DNA from: Gemmatimonadota bacterium
Lineage (GTDB): Bacteria; Gemmatimonadota; Gemmatimonadetes; Palauibacterales; Palauibacteraceae
Length of the DNA stretch: 64,000 nucleotides
Reading direction: 5' to 3'
Assembly: GCA_039588275.1 (NCBI GenBank)
Contig: JBDHAC010000004.1
Span: forward strand, 33,010-97,009
In this document: positions 47,259 to 57,789 of the stretch, piece after piece
How positions within the stretch are numbered: position 1 is the first letter of the stretch
How the letters are laid out: each line of letters opens with the position of its first letter
Made by a program: the position numbers and the translations under genes
Notes under the pieces: generated by a model
Database searches by the model: none
What the model was told of the DNA's origin: nothing
The model's input: the letters and a program-made list of their open reading frames with translations, nothing else

Positions 47259-48577
47259 GCCGTCCCCTGCTACTCGTCGGGGGACACACCCTCGACCCGT
47301 CGCAATCCCTCGACGAGCCCGGCGATGTGCTAGTCGTCGACGGTCGCATCGAGGCGCTGGGGAAGGTCACGGACGTCCCCGAGAGTACGGAGCGTATCGA
47401 TGTCGGCGGTCTGGTCGTCGCTCCCGGCCTGATCGACCTGCACGTACACCTCCGCGAGCCGGGAGGCGAACATAAGGAGACGATCGTCAGCGGCGCCCGT
47501 GCGGCGGTGGCGGGAGGCTTCACGACCGTGTGGGCGATGCCGAACACCGATCCTCCGATCGATGATCCCGCGGCCGTAGGTTTCGTGCTCGCCGCCGGCG
47601 CGCGAGCTCGGGGGGCGCGTGTCTCGCCCGTGGGCGCGGCGTCGCTGGGACTGAAGGGCGAGCAGATGACGGAGGTCGGCGAGCTGGTCGCGGCGGGTGC
47701 GGTCGCGGTCACCGACGACGGTCACCCGATCTGGAATGGCGCGCTCATGCGCCGGCTGCTCGAGTATACGCAGACGTTCGGGATCCCCGTGGTGCAGCAC
47801 GCCGAAGACCCCGTCCTCTCGGCCGGCGGCGTGATGAACGAAGGGACGGTCGCGACCGCGCTGGGTCTGAAGGGGATTCCGAACGCGTCGGAGGCCGCGA
47901 CCGTCGCCAGGGATGTGTACCTGACCGAGCTGACCGGCGGACACCTCCATGTTCAGCACGTCTCGACGCGCGAGGCGGTCGACATGATCGAAGCCGCGCG
48001 ATCGCGCGGTGGGCGTGTGACGGCGGAGGTCACCCCGCACCATCTCGCGTTGACCGAAGAAGCCGTGCGCGGGTATCGGACCGAAGCGAAGATGAACCCG
48101 CCGCTCCGAACCGCGGCCGATCGGGAGGCGCTCCGTCGTGGGCTGGCCGAGGGCGTGATCGACGCGATCGCGACCGACCATGCACCACACGACTATCAGG
48201 GGAAGGAGCGGGAGTTCGACGACGCCCCGTTCGGCGTGGTCGGTCTCGAGACCGCGCTGGGCATCTGCCTGCGCGAGCTGGTTCAGACCGGGCATCTGAC
48301 GCTGTCTGAGTTGGTGGATCGACTGTCCTGCGGCCCGGCGCGGATCATGGGTCTCGAGGGCGGCACGTTGCGTCCGGGCAGTCCGGCAGACATCGTCGTA
48401 TTCGATCCCGAGGAACGTTGGACGGTGGACCCGGCCCAGTTCCGGTCCAAGAGCAGAAACACTCCCTTCGCGGGGCGCGAGGCTCAGGGGCGGGTTCGAA
48501 GGACCATCGTTGGCGGCGAGACGCGATTCCTCGAGCCGCAGGAGCAAGCGGCTCGCTCCCTCACTCGAGCCGGCTGA
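47255..48577 (+). CDS. pyrC: Dihydroorotase
   Basis: [34 protein letters not shown]. Confidence 0.96.
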   Translation: MSRPLLLVGGHTLDPSQSLDEPGDVLVVDGRIEALGKVTDVPESTERIDVGGLVVAPGLIDLHVHLREPGGEHKETIVSGARAAVAGGFTTVWAMPNTDPPIDDPAAVGFVLAAGARARGARVSPVGAASLGLKGEQMTEVGELVAAGAVAVTDDGHPIWNGALMRRLLEYTQTFGIPVVQHAEDPVLSAGGVMNEGTVATALGLKGIPNASEAATVARDVYLTELTGGHLHVQHVSTREAVDMIEAARSRGGRVTAEVTPHHLALTEEAVRGYRTEAKMNPPLRTAADREALRRGLAEGVIDAIATDHAPHDYQGKEREFDDAPFGVVGLETALGICLRELVQTGHLTLSELVDRLSCGPARIMGLEGGTLRPGSPADIVVFDPEERWTVDPAQFRSKSRNTPFAGREAQGRVRRTIVGGETRFLEPQEQAARSLTRAG

Positions 48578-48695
48578 GATGAGCCGCCCGCGCAGCAGGC
48601 TGGGGCTCGGAAATTGCGGAGCCTCCTGAGCGGGAGGCAGCACACTAAGGTCCACGCGTTCGATCGCGGACGCGGCAGCAGCAAACGGGCGTGAT

Positions 48696-49508
48696 ATGGC
48701 CGACACGAAGGGTAGCACGGACTCCGTAATCCCCGCCGAAGTTACCGAGCTCATCGGAGAGTCTCAGAAGATCCAGGGGTGGATCGAGAAGCTTGCCGAG
48801 CTCCGTGACGAGACGACCCCCGCCGTCTACGAAAAAGTCCACACGGACTACAAGGCCCGACTCGCGGAGGTGACGTCGCGCCTCTCGGAGCACCAGTCCG
48901 ACCTGACCGAGACGCTCGACAAGCGTCGCACTGGTGTCGAGAAGCTCCGTGCGGAGCGCGACGAGCAGGCCGCCGATCTCGAAGAGGCCAAAGTGCGCTT
49001 CGCGGTGGGCGAATACGGATCCGACGAATGGGACGAGCGGCGCGAGCGGATCGAGAGAGGGCTCCAATCGATCAAGGACCGGCTCTCCGCGGAGGACACC
49101 GCGCTCGAGGAGCTGGAGTCGATCCTGGCGAGCATCCCCCCGGAAGGTGGGGCCGCGGAGGTGGAGGGGGTCGAGAGACCGGCCTGGATGGCGAGCGTCG
49201 AGGCCGCGGAGACGATCCAGGAGGACGTGCAAGCGGAGGTGACGGCGGAGGCGGTACAGGAGGAGCCCCCGAAGGCCGCGGAAGAAACGCCCCCGAAGGA
49301 AGCCGAGAAGATCGCCGCTGCCGCCGCTACGTCGGCTAGCGCGGCGGACGAGGCCGTCAAGGATCCCGAGGCCGCAGGGGAGGAGGAGGGAGAGTACCTC
49401 GACGAGCTCGAGTTCCTGGAGTCTCTCTCGCTCGAGGAATCAGATCGGTTCGATGCCGTGTCCGCGATGCTGGATGAGGAAGAAAGCGGGAAGGGCGGTT
49501 CCGAGTAA
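48696..49508 (+). CDS. Acidic coiled-coil hypothetical protein
   Basis: Long heptad-rich helix, VRFAVGEY turn, E/A/P-rich linker, acidic tail DELEFLESLSL. Confidence 0.85.
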   Translation: MADTKGSTDSVIPAEVTELIGESQKIQGWIEKLAELRDETTPAVYEKVHTDYKARLAEVTSRLSEHQSDLTETLDKRRTGVEKLRAERDEQAADLEEAKVRFAVGEYGSDEWDERRERIERGLQSIKDRLSAEDTALEELESILASIPPEGGAAEVEGVERPAWMASVEAAETIQEDVQAEVTAEAVQEEPPKAAEETPPKEAEKIAAAAATSASAADEAVKDPEAAGEEEGEYLDELEFLESLSLEESDRFDAVSAMLDEEESGKGGSE

Positions 49509-49543
49509 CCCGGGCGAGCACCCTCGATAGCCCGGGCCGCAGC

Positions 49544-49804
49544 TCACTCCTGGGTGAGACTCAAGACGTGGCGCGCGACGCGCGCTTTCTGCCGCGCGGC
49601 GGCGTTCGGTTGAATGATTCGCCGCTGCGCGGCCCGATCCAGTACCGCGTACAGCTCGGGCAGTGCCGAGTTGGCCTCTTCGGCGGACTCCATGCTCAGG
49701 AGGTTCTTGGTTCGCGTACGGATCTCCGATCGGACGGTCCGATTTTGAAGACGCTGGGCGCGCGATTGGCGCAACCGTTTCTTCGCGCTGGCGTTGTTTG
49801 GCAC
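49544..49804 (-). CDS. rpsT: 30S ribosomal protein S20
   Basis: GTG start, PNNASAKKRLRQ...LDRAAQRRIIQPNAAARQKAR. Confidence 0.95.
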   Translation of the reverse strand: MPNNASAKKRLRQSRAQRLQNRTVRSEIRTRTKNLLSMESAEEANSALPELYAVLDRAAQRRIIQPNAAARQKARVARHVLSLTQE

Positions 49805-50022
49805 GTGATCGTCTCTCGTGTCGTTCGTGGTTCCGGCCGCGGCTCGGGAGTGGCCAGGGGGCGATTCCCATCCGCGCGTAGATTGGAAACCCATAAACTT
49901 ACCCTGCGATGCGATCGTGCTCAAGGGCGGGCACGGGGTCGCGCTCGAGTAGCCTGGCCGGCCTCCTCACTCGTGATGATGCAGGTACCCTCTCGTGATG
50001 ATGTAGGGACCCTCTCGCGATA

Positions 50023-50688
50023 ATGCAGGGACTCTCCGGTCTTCTCGTCTTCTTCCCGGTTCTCCTCGTCTCCATCGTCCTGCATGAATACGCACACGCC
50101 AGAGTCGCCGTGGCGCAGGGCGATCCGACTCCGGCGCAGCTGGGCCGAGTCACTCTGAATCCGCTCCCGCACATCGATCCCGTGGGCAGCATCGTCGTCC
50201 CCGCTGCCCTGTGGATCATGTCCGCCGGCTTCCTCTTCGGATGGGCGCGCCCGGTCCCCGTGGTACCGCGCAATTTCCGCAACTTCCGTCGCGGCGATCT
50301 CCTGGTTTCACTGGCCGGTGTGGCCGCGAATTTCACCCTGGCCCTGTGCTTCATCCTTCTCGCCGTGGGCTTTGAACACCTCGAGCGAAACCTGGCCGGA
50401 GGCGCCGCAACCGTTGCCGGGGACCTGAACCGCATGGTCCGATTCGGGTTGTGGTTCAACATCCTCTTGGGGTTCTTCAATCTGCTCCCGATCCCTCCGC
50501 TGGATGGCTCGCGCGTGCTCTATCACCTGCTGCCCCCCGCGCTCGGAGCCCGCTATCGCGAAGTCGGCCAATACGGCATGTTGCTGCTGTTCGCGGCCTT
50601 CTTCATCCCGGGCATGCTCGGCATCCTGTTGTGGCCGGTCGGGGCGCTCACCGGCCTCGCGAACGACTTGATCGCGTTGTTGACCTGA
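50023..50688 (+). CDS. Site-2 protease (M50)
   Basis: HEYAH, GDPTP, NPLPHIDP, FNLLPIPPLDG. Confidence 0.93.
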   Translation: MQGLSGLLVFFPVLLVSIVLHEYAHARVAVAQGDPTPAQLGRVTLNPLPHIDPVGSIVVPAALWIMSAGFLFGWARPVPVVPRNFRNFRRGDLLVSLAGVAANFTLALCFILLAVGFEHLERNLAGGAATVAGDLNRMVRFGLWFNILLGFFNLLPIPPLDGSRVLYHLLPPALGARYREVGQYGMLLLFAAFFIPGMLGILLWPVGALTGLANDLIALLT

Positions 50689-50752
50689 AGGGGCACCGGA
50701 GGGCAGGAGAAGAGGTGCGGAGTCGCGGACACATCACCCACGAGGGCGGGAG

Positions 50753-51532
50753 TTGACTCCCGTCAGGGCACCGGATCGCCTCCCGAGCCAACACGGCTTC
50801 GAGCCGTTCGTCGTCGAGCTCGAGCGCTTCCAGGGCCCGCTCGATCTGCTTCTCCACCTGATTCGAGCTCAGGACATCGACATCTTCGATATCCCGATCG
50901 CGAGGATCACGTCACAGTTCCAGGCGGTTCTCACCGACGGCCTCGAGCGCGTCGAGCTGGATAGGGCCGGCGAGTTCCTCGAGCTGGCGGCGACGCTGGT
51001 GCGCATCAAAGCGCAGCTGCTCCTCCCACGCCCAGGCGAGGCGGATTGGACCGAAGACCCGCGCGCCGAGCTCGTGCGGCGGCTGCTCGAGTACGAGCTG
51101 TTCCAGGAGGTCGCGCATGTGCTGGCCGGAGCCGAGGCCAACCGCGCGAGGCATTTCGCAAAGGGATACGTGGAAGCACGCCCGCGTTTGCGCGACCGCG
51201 CCCCCCTCACGACGACGCTCGAGGAGTGGCTGGGCGCGGCCTGGGAGGTCCCGGAACCGCTGCCCGAGCTGCAACACCTCGCGCCCATCCAGATGATCAC
51301 CGTCGAGGAGAAGATGTCGCTGATCGAAGCGCGGCTGGGGCGGAAGGACCGGCTCCTGTTCAGTCGGTTGTTCAGCTCCTGGAAGCAGCGTTCACACGTG
51401 GTCGCGTCGCTCCTGGCGTGCCTCGAGCTGGCCAGGCAGCAAGTATTGAAGATCGAGCAAGTGAAGCGATTCGGGTCCATTTGGCTGTTCTCCCGCAGAA
51501 AACCCACGCAGGAGCCGGAGGAGACCGCATGA
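50753..51532 (+). CDS. scpA: Segregation and condensation protein A
   Basis: FQGPLDLLLHLI, EFLELAATLVRIK, DPRAELVRRLLEY, LACLEL. Confidence 0.93.
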   Translation: MTPVRAPDRLPSQHGFEPFVVELERFQGPLDLLLHLIRAQDIDIFDIPIARITSQFQAVLTDGLERVELDRAGEFLELAATLVRIKAQLLLPRPGEADWTEDPRAELVRRLLEYELFQEVAHVLAGAEANRARHFAKGYVEARPRLRDRAPLTTTLEEWLGAAWEVPEPLPELQHLAPIQMITVEEKMSLIEARLGRKDRLLFSRLFSSWKQRSHVVASLLACLELARQQVLKIEQVKRFGSIWLFSRRKPTQEPEETA

Positions 51533-52269
51533 CCCCCGAGCAGATCGTCGAGGCGACGCTGTTCGCGAGCCAGACACCTCTTACGCCCGCCGAACTGGCG
51601 CGTGCCGACGAAGCGCTGGATGTCGCCCGCGTGAGAGACGCGCTGCAGTCGCTGAGAGAGCGGTACGATGAAGAGGAGCATGCCTTCCAGCTTTATCAGC
51701 TCGGCGACGGATACCAGCTCCTCACACGCCCCGAATACGCACCCTACCTGGAGCGATTCGACTCGATCGCCCGCCCCCCCGCGCTGTCGCGAGCCGCCCT
51801 GGAGACCCTGGCGATCATCGCGTATCGGCAACCGATCGGCCGGCTCGAGATCGAGGAGATCCGGGGCGTCGTATCCACCACCGTCCTCCGTACGCTTCAG
51901 GATTGGGAGCTGATCGGCGTTGTCGGTCGTGGCGAGGGGCTGGGTCGTCCGATGCTGTACGGAACGACTCCGGTGTTCCTGGACCACTTCGGCTTCCAGG
52001 ACCTGGCGGAGCTGCCGAGACCCGAGGATCTGCCGGTCGCGCTTCGCGGATCGGAAGTAACTACCGAGCGAGCGGTGGCAGACAGACCCGATGTCGAGGC
52101 ATCTCGAGCGGTGGAGCCAGCTCCGGAGGGAGCGGCCCCGCACGCGGAACACGCGGAACACGCCGAAGATGTGTCCCAGGAAACCTCGTCGAACGGTCGC
52201 GGTCAGAGCGAGGATGGCTCCAGTAGCTCCGGCAACGGGTCGCGTCCGACGCTGCGAGGATCTGCCTGA
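51529..52269 (+). CDS. scpB: Segregation and condensation protein B
   Basis: VEATLFAS, LSRAALETLAIIAYRQP, GRPMLYGTT..FLDHFG. Confidence 0.95.
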   Translation: MTPEQIVEATLFASQTPLTPAELARADEALDVARVRDALQSLRERYDEEEHAFQLYQLGDGYQLLTRPEYAPYLERFDSIARPPALSRAALETLAIIAYRQPIGRLEIEEIRGVVSTTVLRTLQDWELIGVVGRGEGLGRPMLYGTTPVFLDHFGFQDLAELPRPEDLPVALRGSEVTTERAVADRPDVEASRAVEPAPEGAAPHAEHAEHAEDVSQETSSNGRGQSEDGSSSSGNGSRPTLRGSA

Positions 52270-52272
52270 CGC

Positions 52273-53001
52273 GTGCGGCTGCAGAAGTTCCTCGCTCGTG
52301 CGGGCGTCGCCTCACGCCGTAGGAGCGAGGAGTTGATCGCGGCGGGCCGCGTGCGGGTGGACGGCCAGGTCGTCACACGCCCGGGGTCGAGCGTGAATCC
52401 CACCACGCAGACGGTGGAGGTGGATGGCCGGGCGGTGCAGCTGGAACCGACCGTTTGGCTGGCGTTGCACAAGCCTCCGGGCGTGCTCTGCAGTCGAGGA
52501 GACCCGCGCGGGCGGCCCACGATCTACGGGTTGCTGCCCGATGAGGCGGCGGGCCTCTTTCACGTGGGCAGGTTGGATTACCTGAGCGAGGGGCTCATCC
52601 TCCTATCGAATGACGGGGACACGACGCACGGGCTCCTGCACCCGAGCCGCGAGGTCCCCCGTCGCTACGAAGTGGAGCTGGTCGGGCCCGTGCCGCGCGA
52701 TCTGCCCGGCCGTCTTCGCGAGGGGCTCCTTCTCGAGGACGGCCCGGCCGCTGCCGATCGGGCGCGCTTCCTGACGCCCGCCGAGTCGGAGCGGCCTCGG
52801 GTCGAGATCGAGCTGCACGAAGGGCGGAATCGCGAGATCCGCCGAATGATGAAAGATTTCAATGTTCGGATTCGAACGCTAAAGAGAACCGCGCTCGGCC
52901 CCATCGAGCTGGGTGAGCTGCCACGCGGGGCGTACCGATCCCTCGACGGAGAGGAAGTGGATGCCTTGCGGACGATCGCCGGCACGCAGAACGGGCGTTG
53001 A
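52273..53001 (+). CDS. rluB: rRNA pseudouridine synthase (RluB/RsuA family)
   Basis: S4 domain RLQKFLARAGVASRR, VGRLD, EGRNREIRRM. Confidence 0.9.
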   Translation: MRLQKFLARAGVASRRRSEELIAAGRVRVDGQVVTRPGSSVNPTTQTVEVDGRAVQLEPTVWLALHKPPGVLCSRGDPRGRPTIYGLLPDEAAGLFHVGRLDYLSEGLILLSNDGDTTHGLLHPSREVPRRYEVELVGPVPRDLPGRLREGLLLEDGPAAADRARFLTPAESERPRVEIELHEGRNREIRRMMKDFNVRIRTLKRTALGPIELGELPRGAYRSLDGEEVDALRTIAGTQNGR

Positions 53002-53021
53002 GTAGCGGATAGGAGGATAAA

Positions 53022-54677
53022 GTGCTGGTCACCGGCCGGTGCGTTCTCATACTCGGAGGCTCCGGCCTCGTGGGGCGCGCCATCGCTGCGCGGCTGCTGC
53101 CGTTCCGACCGTCTCGACTCGTCATCGGTGCACTGCGGGAGGACGAGACACAGGAGGCGGTCGAATTCCTTCGCGCCCAACCGGACGCGTCCGATATCGA
53201 GATCGTGGCGGAGTGGGGCAACGTCTTCCAGCGAGAGTCCCTCCGCTACCGGGATCGGAGCGAGGCGCTCGACGATCCGGAAGCGAGGCGCGAGCTGCTG
53301 TGGGATGTGTTCGGGGTTCTTGACGAGGAGGCGTTCGCACGCTCGACGCTCGTGACCCAGCTCGCGCGCCACCGACCGGCGGTCGTGATCGATTGCATCA
53401 ACACGGCTACCGCGATCGCGTACCAGAACGTGTACGATACGGCGGGCCGCCTGTGGAAAGAGGGGATGGAGGGGAGAGCCGACCTGTCCGTGATCGAAGC
53501 GCACCTCACGACGCTCTACCTGCCACAGCTCATCCGGCACGTCCAGCTTCTTCTCGAGGGACTCCGGCGCGCCGAGAGCGCCGCATACGTGAAGATCGGA
53601 ACCTCCGGCACGGGGGGCATGGGGCTCAACGTCCCCTTCACGCACTCCGAGGAAAAACCTTCTCGCGAGCTTCTGGCCAAGGCAAGCGTCGCGGGCGCGC
53701 ACTCGGCCCTGTTGTTCCTGATGGGTCGGACGCCGGACGCACCGGCGGTGGTCGAGATCAAGCCGACCGCCGCGATCGCCTGGAAGCGCATCGGGTTCGG
53801 GCCGATCACGAGAGGAGGCCACCCGATCCCGCGCTACGACGCGACGCGTCCCGTGACGATCGAGGAGGCATTCGCCGAGGACAGCGCGAGCGCGTGCGAG
53901 GACACCGGAGAGGTGCTGGAATCGGTGTACCTGGACGCCGGCGAGAACGGGATGTTCTCGCTCTCCGAGTTCGAGACGATCTCCTCGCTGCGAATGATGG
54001 AGATCGTGACGCCGGAGGAGATCGCCGACGCGGTGGTCGACGAGCTCGAAGGACGCCCCACGGGGCGCGACGTCGTGGCCGCCCTCGACGGGAGTGTGCT
54101 GGGGCCTACGTATCGGGGAGGTATGCTGCGCGAGGTGGCGCTCAGTCGTATGGAGGCGCTCGAGGAAGAGCACGGAGTCCGGTCGGTCGCGTTCGAGATG
54201 CTGGGGCCGCCGCTCCTGAACAAGCTGCTGTTCGAGGCGACGATTCTGGAGCGCCTGTTCGAGGACATACCCGTGGCGATGGAGCTGGACCCGGCGGAGA
54301 CCTCGGAGCGAGCGCACCGGTTGATCGAAGAGGATGCCCGCTTGAGAACGGATATCCTGTCCATCGGGATACCGATCCTTCTCCCCGACGGCCGGCTGCT
54401 GCGGGGAGAGAAAGTGAAGATCGGCCCGCGCGACGGAGAGGAGGCGGACGTCGATCGTCTCGCGTACCATGGGTGGGTGGATCTTCGGCCCGCGTGCTGG
54501 GTCAAATGGCGGGATCGCTGCGCGCGTCTGGACGAGATTCGTCGAACGTCGCCCGGGGCGGACGCGGGTTCGAGCTCGGATCTGGATGTGCGCGCCTGGT
54601 CGACTCGCATCCGGGCTGGCGCGCTCGCGGCCCTTGTCCTTCGGGAGGAGGAGGGCGGTACCCGCATCAAGCAATGA
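53022..54677 (+). CDS. Extended Rossmann-fold (SDR-like) protein of unknown function
   Basis: LILGGSGLVG, IDCINTAT, KIGTSGTGGMG. AGGAGG RBS. Confidence 0.75.
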   Translation: MLVTGRCVLILGGSGLVGRAIAARLLPFRPSRLVIGALREDETQEAVEFLRAQPDASDIEIVAEWGNVFQRESLRYRDRSEALDDPEARRELLWDVFGVLDEEAFARSTLVTQLARHRPAVVIDCINTATAIAYQNVYDTAGRLWKEGMEGRADLSVIEAHLTTLYLPQLIRHVQLLLEGLRRAESAAYVKIGTSGTGGMGLNVPFTHSEEKPSRELLAKASVAGAHSALLFLMGRTPDAPAVVEIKPTAAIAWKRIGFGPITRGGHPIPRYDATRPVTIEEAFAEDSASACEDTGEVLESVYLDAGENGMFSLSEFETISSLRMMEIVTPEEIADAVVDELEGRPTGRDVVAALDGSVLGPTYRGGMLREVALSRMEALEEEHGVRSVAFEMLGPPLLNKLLFEATILERLFEDIPVAMELDPAETSERAHRLIEEDARLRTDILSIGIPILLPDGRLLRGEKVKIGPRDGEEADVDRLAYHGWVDLRPACWVKWRDRCARLDEIRRTSPGADAGSSSDLDVRAWSTRIRAGALAALVLREEEGGTRIKQ

Positions 54678-54749
54678 GACGATCCGGAAGACAGGGAAAC
54701 CCGGGCCACGTAGCCGGTTAGCCTGAATTCACATACCGAAACGGAGCCC

Positions 54750-55772
54750 ATGAACTCAGACGCAAGCGCCGTCGGGACCATCACCGACGCCGATCTGGAA
54801 AGCCAGACAGAAGCGATCCGCGACGCGAGCCACTTCATCGAGGATGTGAGGACCGCGCTCGGGCTGCGCATCGTGGGTCAGGAAGCCCTCGTTGACCGGG
54901 TGCTCATGAGCGTGCTCACGGGCGGACACATTCTGCTCGAAGGAGTGCCGGGCCTCGCGAAAACCCTGACGGTCCGCACGCTCGCCGATGCGATCCACGC
55001 CACGTTCAGGAGGATACAGTTCACGCCGGACCTCCTGCCCGCCGACGTGGTCGGAACGCTGGTGTGGGAAGAGCGCTCCGGTCAGTTCACGGCCAAGCAC
55101 GGCCCGATCTTCGCCAACATCGTCCTGGCCGATGAGGTGAACCGCGCGCCCGCCAAGGTGCAGTCCGCCTTGCTGGAGGCCATGCAGGAGCGACAGGTCA
55201 CGATTGGCGAGGACACCCATCCCCTGCCGGTGCCGTTCCTGGTGCTCGCCACCCAGAACCCGATCGAGCACGAGGGCACCTATCCCCTGCCCGAGGCGCA
55301 GGTGGATCGGTTCATGTTCAAGGTGTGGGTCGACTATCCGAGCCGCGAGGAAGAGCGTGAGGTCATGCGCCGGATGAAGGACGAGATCCTGGCGCCGGTG
55401 GACCCCGTCGTAGAGCCGGCGGACATTCTGGCTGCTCGGAGTCTCCTCTCATCGATCTACCTGGACGAGCGCATCGAGGACTACATCCTGAACCTGGTGC
55501 TCAGCACCCGCGAGCCCGAAGAGGCAGGGCTGAAGGAGCTCGCGGACTGGGTGGAGTACGGCGCGTCACCGAGGGCCACCATCTATCTGGCCCGGGGGGC
55601 CCGCGCGCATGCGTTCCTGCGGGGGCGCGCGTACGTAGTGCCCGAAGACGTCCAGGCGATCGCGCGCGACGTGATGCGCCACCGGCTCGTGCTCACTTTC
55701 CAGGCCGAGGCGGAGCAGGTGGACCCGGAGCAGATCCTCGATCGCCTGCTGGAGGCCATACCCCTACCGTGA
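54750..55772 (+). CDS. moxR: MoxR-family AAA+ ATPase
   Basis: EGVPGLAKT, RIQFTPDLLP, LADEVNRA, ATQNPIE, GASPRA. Confidence 0.96.
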   Translation: MNSDASAVGTITDADLESQTEAIRDASHFIEDVRTALGLRIVGQEALVDRVLMSVLTGGHILLEGVPGLAKTLTVRTLADAIHATFRRIQFTPDLLPADVVGTLVWEERSGQFTAKHGPIFANIVLADEVNRAPAKVQSALLEAMQERQVTIGEDTHPLPVPFLVLATQNPIEHEGTYPLPEAQVDRFMFKVWVDYPSREEEREVMRRMKDEILAPVDPVVEPADILAARSLLSSIYLDERIEDYILNLVLSTREPEEAGLKELADWVEYGASPRATIYLARGARAHAFLRGRAYVVPEDVQAIARDVMRHRLVLTFQAEAEQVDPEQILDRLLEAIPLP

Positions 55773-56701
55773 GGCTGCCGAGGCTCCTCCGGCTGCGCGA
55801 GCCGGAGCCGTCCGCGGCGGATCGGCAGGAACTGGCCCGTCAGGTCCGCCGCATCGAGCTGACGGCACGGCGCCTGATGGACAGCCCCGCGTTGGGCCAG
55901 TACGAATCCGTCTTTCGCGGCCACGGCATCGAGTTCTCGGAGGTGCGCGCCTACCAACCCGGCGATCCGTTTCAGGCGATCGACTGGAAGGTCACCGCGC
56001 GGATGCGACGCCCGTACGTGAAGCGGTTCGTCGAGGAGCGGGAGCTGACGGTCCTGCTCGTCGTCGACGTTTCGGCCTCCAACGACTTCGGGACGCGCGG
56101 GAAGCTCAAGCGCCGACTCGCGGCGGAGGTTGCGGGCGTGCTCGCGCTCGCCGCCATGCGGAGTCAGGACCGCGTCGGCTTGCTGCTGTTCACGGATCGC
56201 GTCGAGCGTTTCATCCGTCCTGTGCGCGGCCGCAACCGCAGCCTCCGCCTCCTGTACGAGCTCCTCTCGCACCGACCCCAGGGGCGCGGTACGGACATCG
56301 GGCTCGCGCTGACCACCGCCGCTCGCATGCTGCCTGTCCGCTCCCTGGTGTTCGTGCTCTCGGACTTCACCGGCGGAGGTCGCCTCACGCAGCCCTTCCT
56401 GGCCGTTTCGGCCCGGCACGACGTGGTGGCCATCGACATCCGCGACCGGGCCGAAGAAGCCCTGCCGGAGGCGGGGTTGCTCGAGGTGGAGGATCCGGAA
56501 ACGGGTGAGCGTTCGGTGGTGGATCTGATGGACCGCCGCGTGCGAGCCGCCCTCGAACAGCACGCCGACGACGAGGCCCGCTCGCTCACGTCCGCCCTGC
56601 AGCGGTCCCGCGTGGACAGAATACGCGTCCGCGGGGACGAGCCGTACGTGCCGGCCCTCGCCGCGTTTTTCGCGGCGCGCGGCCGTCGGAGACGGCGATG
56701 A
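55769..56701 (+). CDS. DUF58 protein
   Basis: GIEFSEVRAYQPGD, IDWKVTAR, EERELT, DVSAS, LSDF. Confidence 0.93.
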   Translation: MRLPRLLRLREPEPSAADRQELARQVRRIELTARRLMDSPALGQYESVFRGHGIEFSEVRAYQPGDPFQAIDWKVTARMRRPYVKRFVEERELTVLLVVDVSASNDFGTRGKLKRRLAAEVAGVLALAAMRSQDRVGLLLFTDRVERFIRPVRGRNRSLRLLYELLSHRPQGRGTDIGLALTTAARMLPVRSLVFVLSDFTGGGRLTQPFLAVSARHDVVAIDIRDRAEEALPEAGLLEVEDPETGERSVVDLMDRRVRAALEQHADDEARSLTSALQRSRVDRIRVRGDEPYVPALAAFFAARGRRRRR

Positions 56702-57789
56702 CGAACGAGAGGGCGGTGCCGGGCGAGGCGGCCCGTGAAGATCCCCGAGGTGGGGCCGGAGCGGGGTTCCGGCCGCCGGTGCTCGTATTGCTGGCTCTCG
56801 TGGTGGTGGCCATCTGGCTGCTGTTCCTGGAGCCCATCGGTCGCCCGCGCGCCGATTCTCCGATCCCCGGCGGAGGCGCGGACCGGCAACTCGTCGTGGC
56901 GCTCGATCCGGATTCCGTACGGGTCGGCGAGCCCTTCATCCTCGGCGTGACGATGCGGACCGATGCGCCGGGCGAGGTTCGATTCCCACCGACCCTCACG
57001 CTCACCGACGAGCTGGAGCAGACCGGCGGGGCCGAGGTCAGGGCGTCGGAGGACCAGCTGGAGTGGCGGGCCTACTACCCGCTGGTCGCATGGCGAGCCG
57101 AGCAAATCCAAGTTCCGGAGTTTTCGGTCGGGACCCTCGTGGCCGGGGCCGACGCCCCAAGCGAGGTCCTCGTACGGCCTCCCGCCGTGGAGGTCCTGTC
57201 GGTCTTGCCCGATTCCACGGAGGAGGAGCTGGAACTGCGCGAGGCGCGTCCTCTTCTGCGGATTCGCGGACCGACCTGGCTGTGGCTCCTGCTCGGTTTG
57301 TTGGCGTTGGCCCCGTTGTGGTGGTGGTGGAGCCGCCGCCTCTCGCCGGCCGGGATCGGTCCCCCGCTCGGGCCGGCCGAGCGCGCGCTCCAGGCGCTGG
57401 CCGAGCTGAGAGGTCGCTCCAAGCGTGGCGAGCTCAGCGGTGCCGAGCTGTTCGACGGAATCGAGAGCGCGCTGCGCGGGTACGTCGCGGCCACCCGGGC
57501 CTGGCGGCCGAGCCAGACGCTCGGGGCCCTCGGTCGAGGCGACGCCGGGCTCGCGACGGCGTTGGCACGCTCTGCGCTCGCGCGGTTCGCTCGGCTTCGC
57601 ACCACGCTCGATAGCTCGCTGGCCGCGATCGATGCGGCGATCGGGTTCGTACGACGTGACTCGGAGCCCGAGCCGGCGACCGAATCAGCGACGCCCGAGG
57701 TCGACGACCAGCCCCGAGACGACGGGGCCGGGAGCGGCCCCCGCGACGACGCGGTCGGAGACGGCATCGCCGGGGCGGACGAGGCATGA
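56698..57789 (+). CDS. Membrane-anchored hypothetical protein of the MoxR/Bat cluster
   Basis: Two TM segments flanking a beta-rich domain. Overlapping start/stop with both neighbours. Confidence 0.75.
   Translation: MTNERAVPGEAAREDPRGGAGAGFRPPVLVLLALVVVAIWLLFLEPIGRPRADSPIPGGGADRQLVVALDPDSVRVGEPFILGVTMRTDAPGEVRFPPTLTLTDELEQTGGAEVRASEDQLEWRAYYPLVAWRAEQIQVPEFSVGTLVAGADAPSEVLVRPPAVEVLSVLPDSTEEELELREARPLLRIRGPTWLWLLLGLLALAPLWWWWSRRLSPAGIGPPLGPAERALQALAELRGRSKRGELSGAELFDGIESALRGYVAATRAWRPSQTLGALGRGDAGLATALARSALARFARLRTTLDSSLAAIDAAIGFVRRDSEPEPATESATPEVDDQPRDDGAGSGPRDDAVGDGIAGADEA

Noticed and set aside
52141..52167. 9-bp x3 repeat (HAEHAEHAE) in the scpB tail
   Set aside because: In-frame micro-repeat in a disordered tail; no sign of function.
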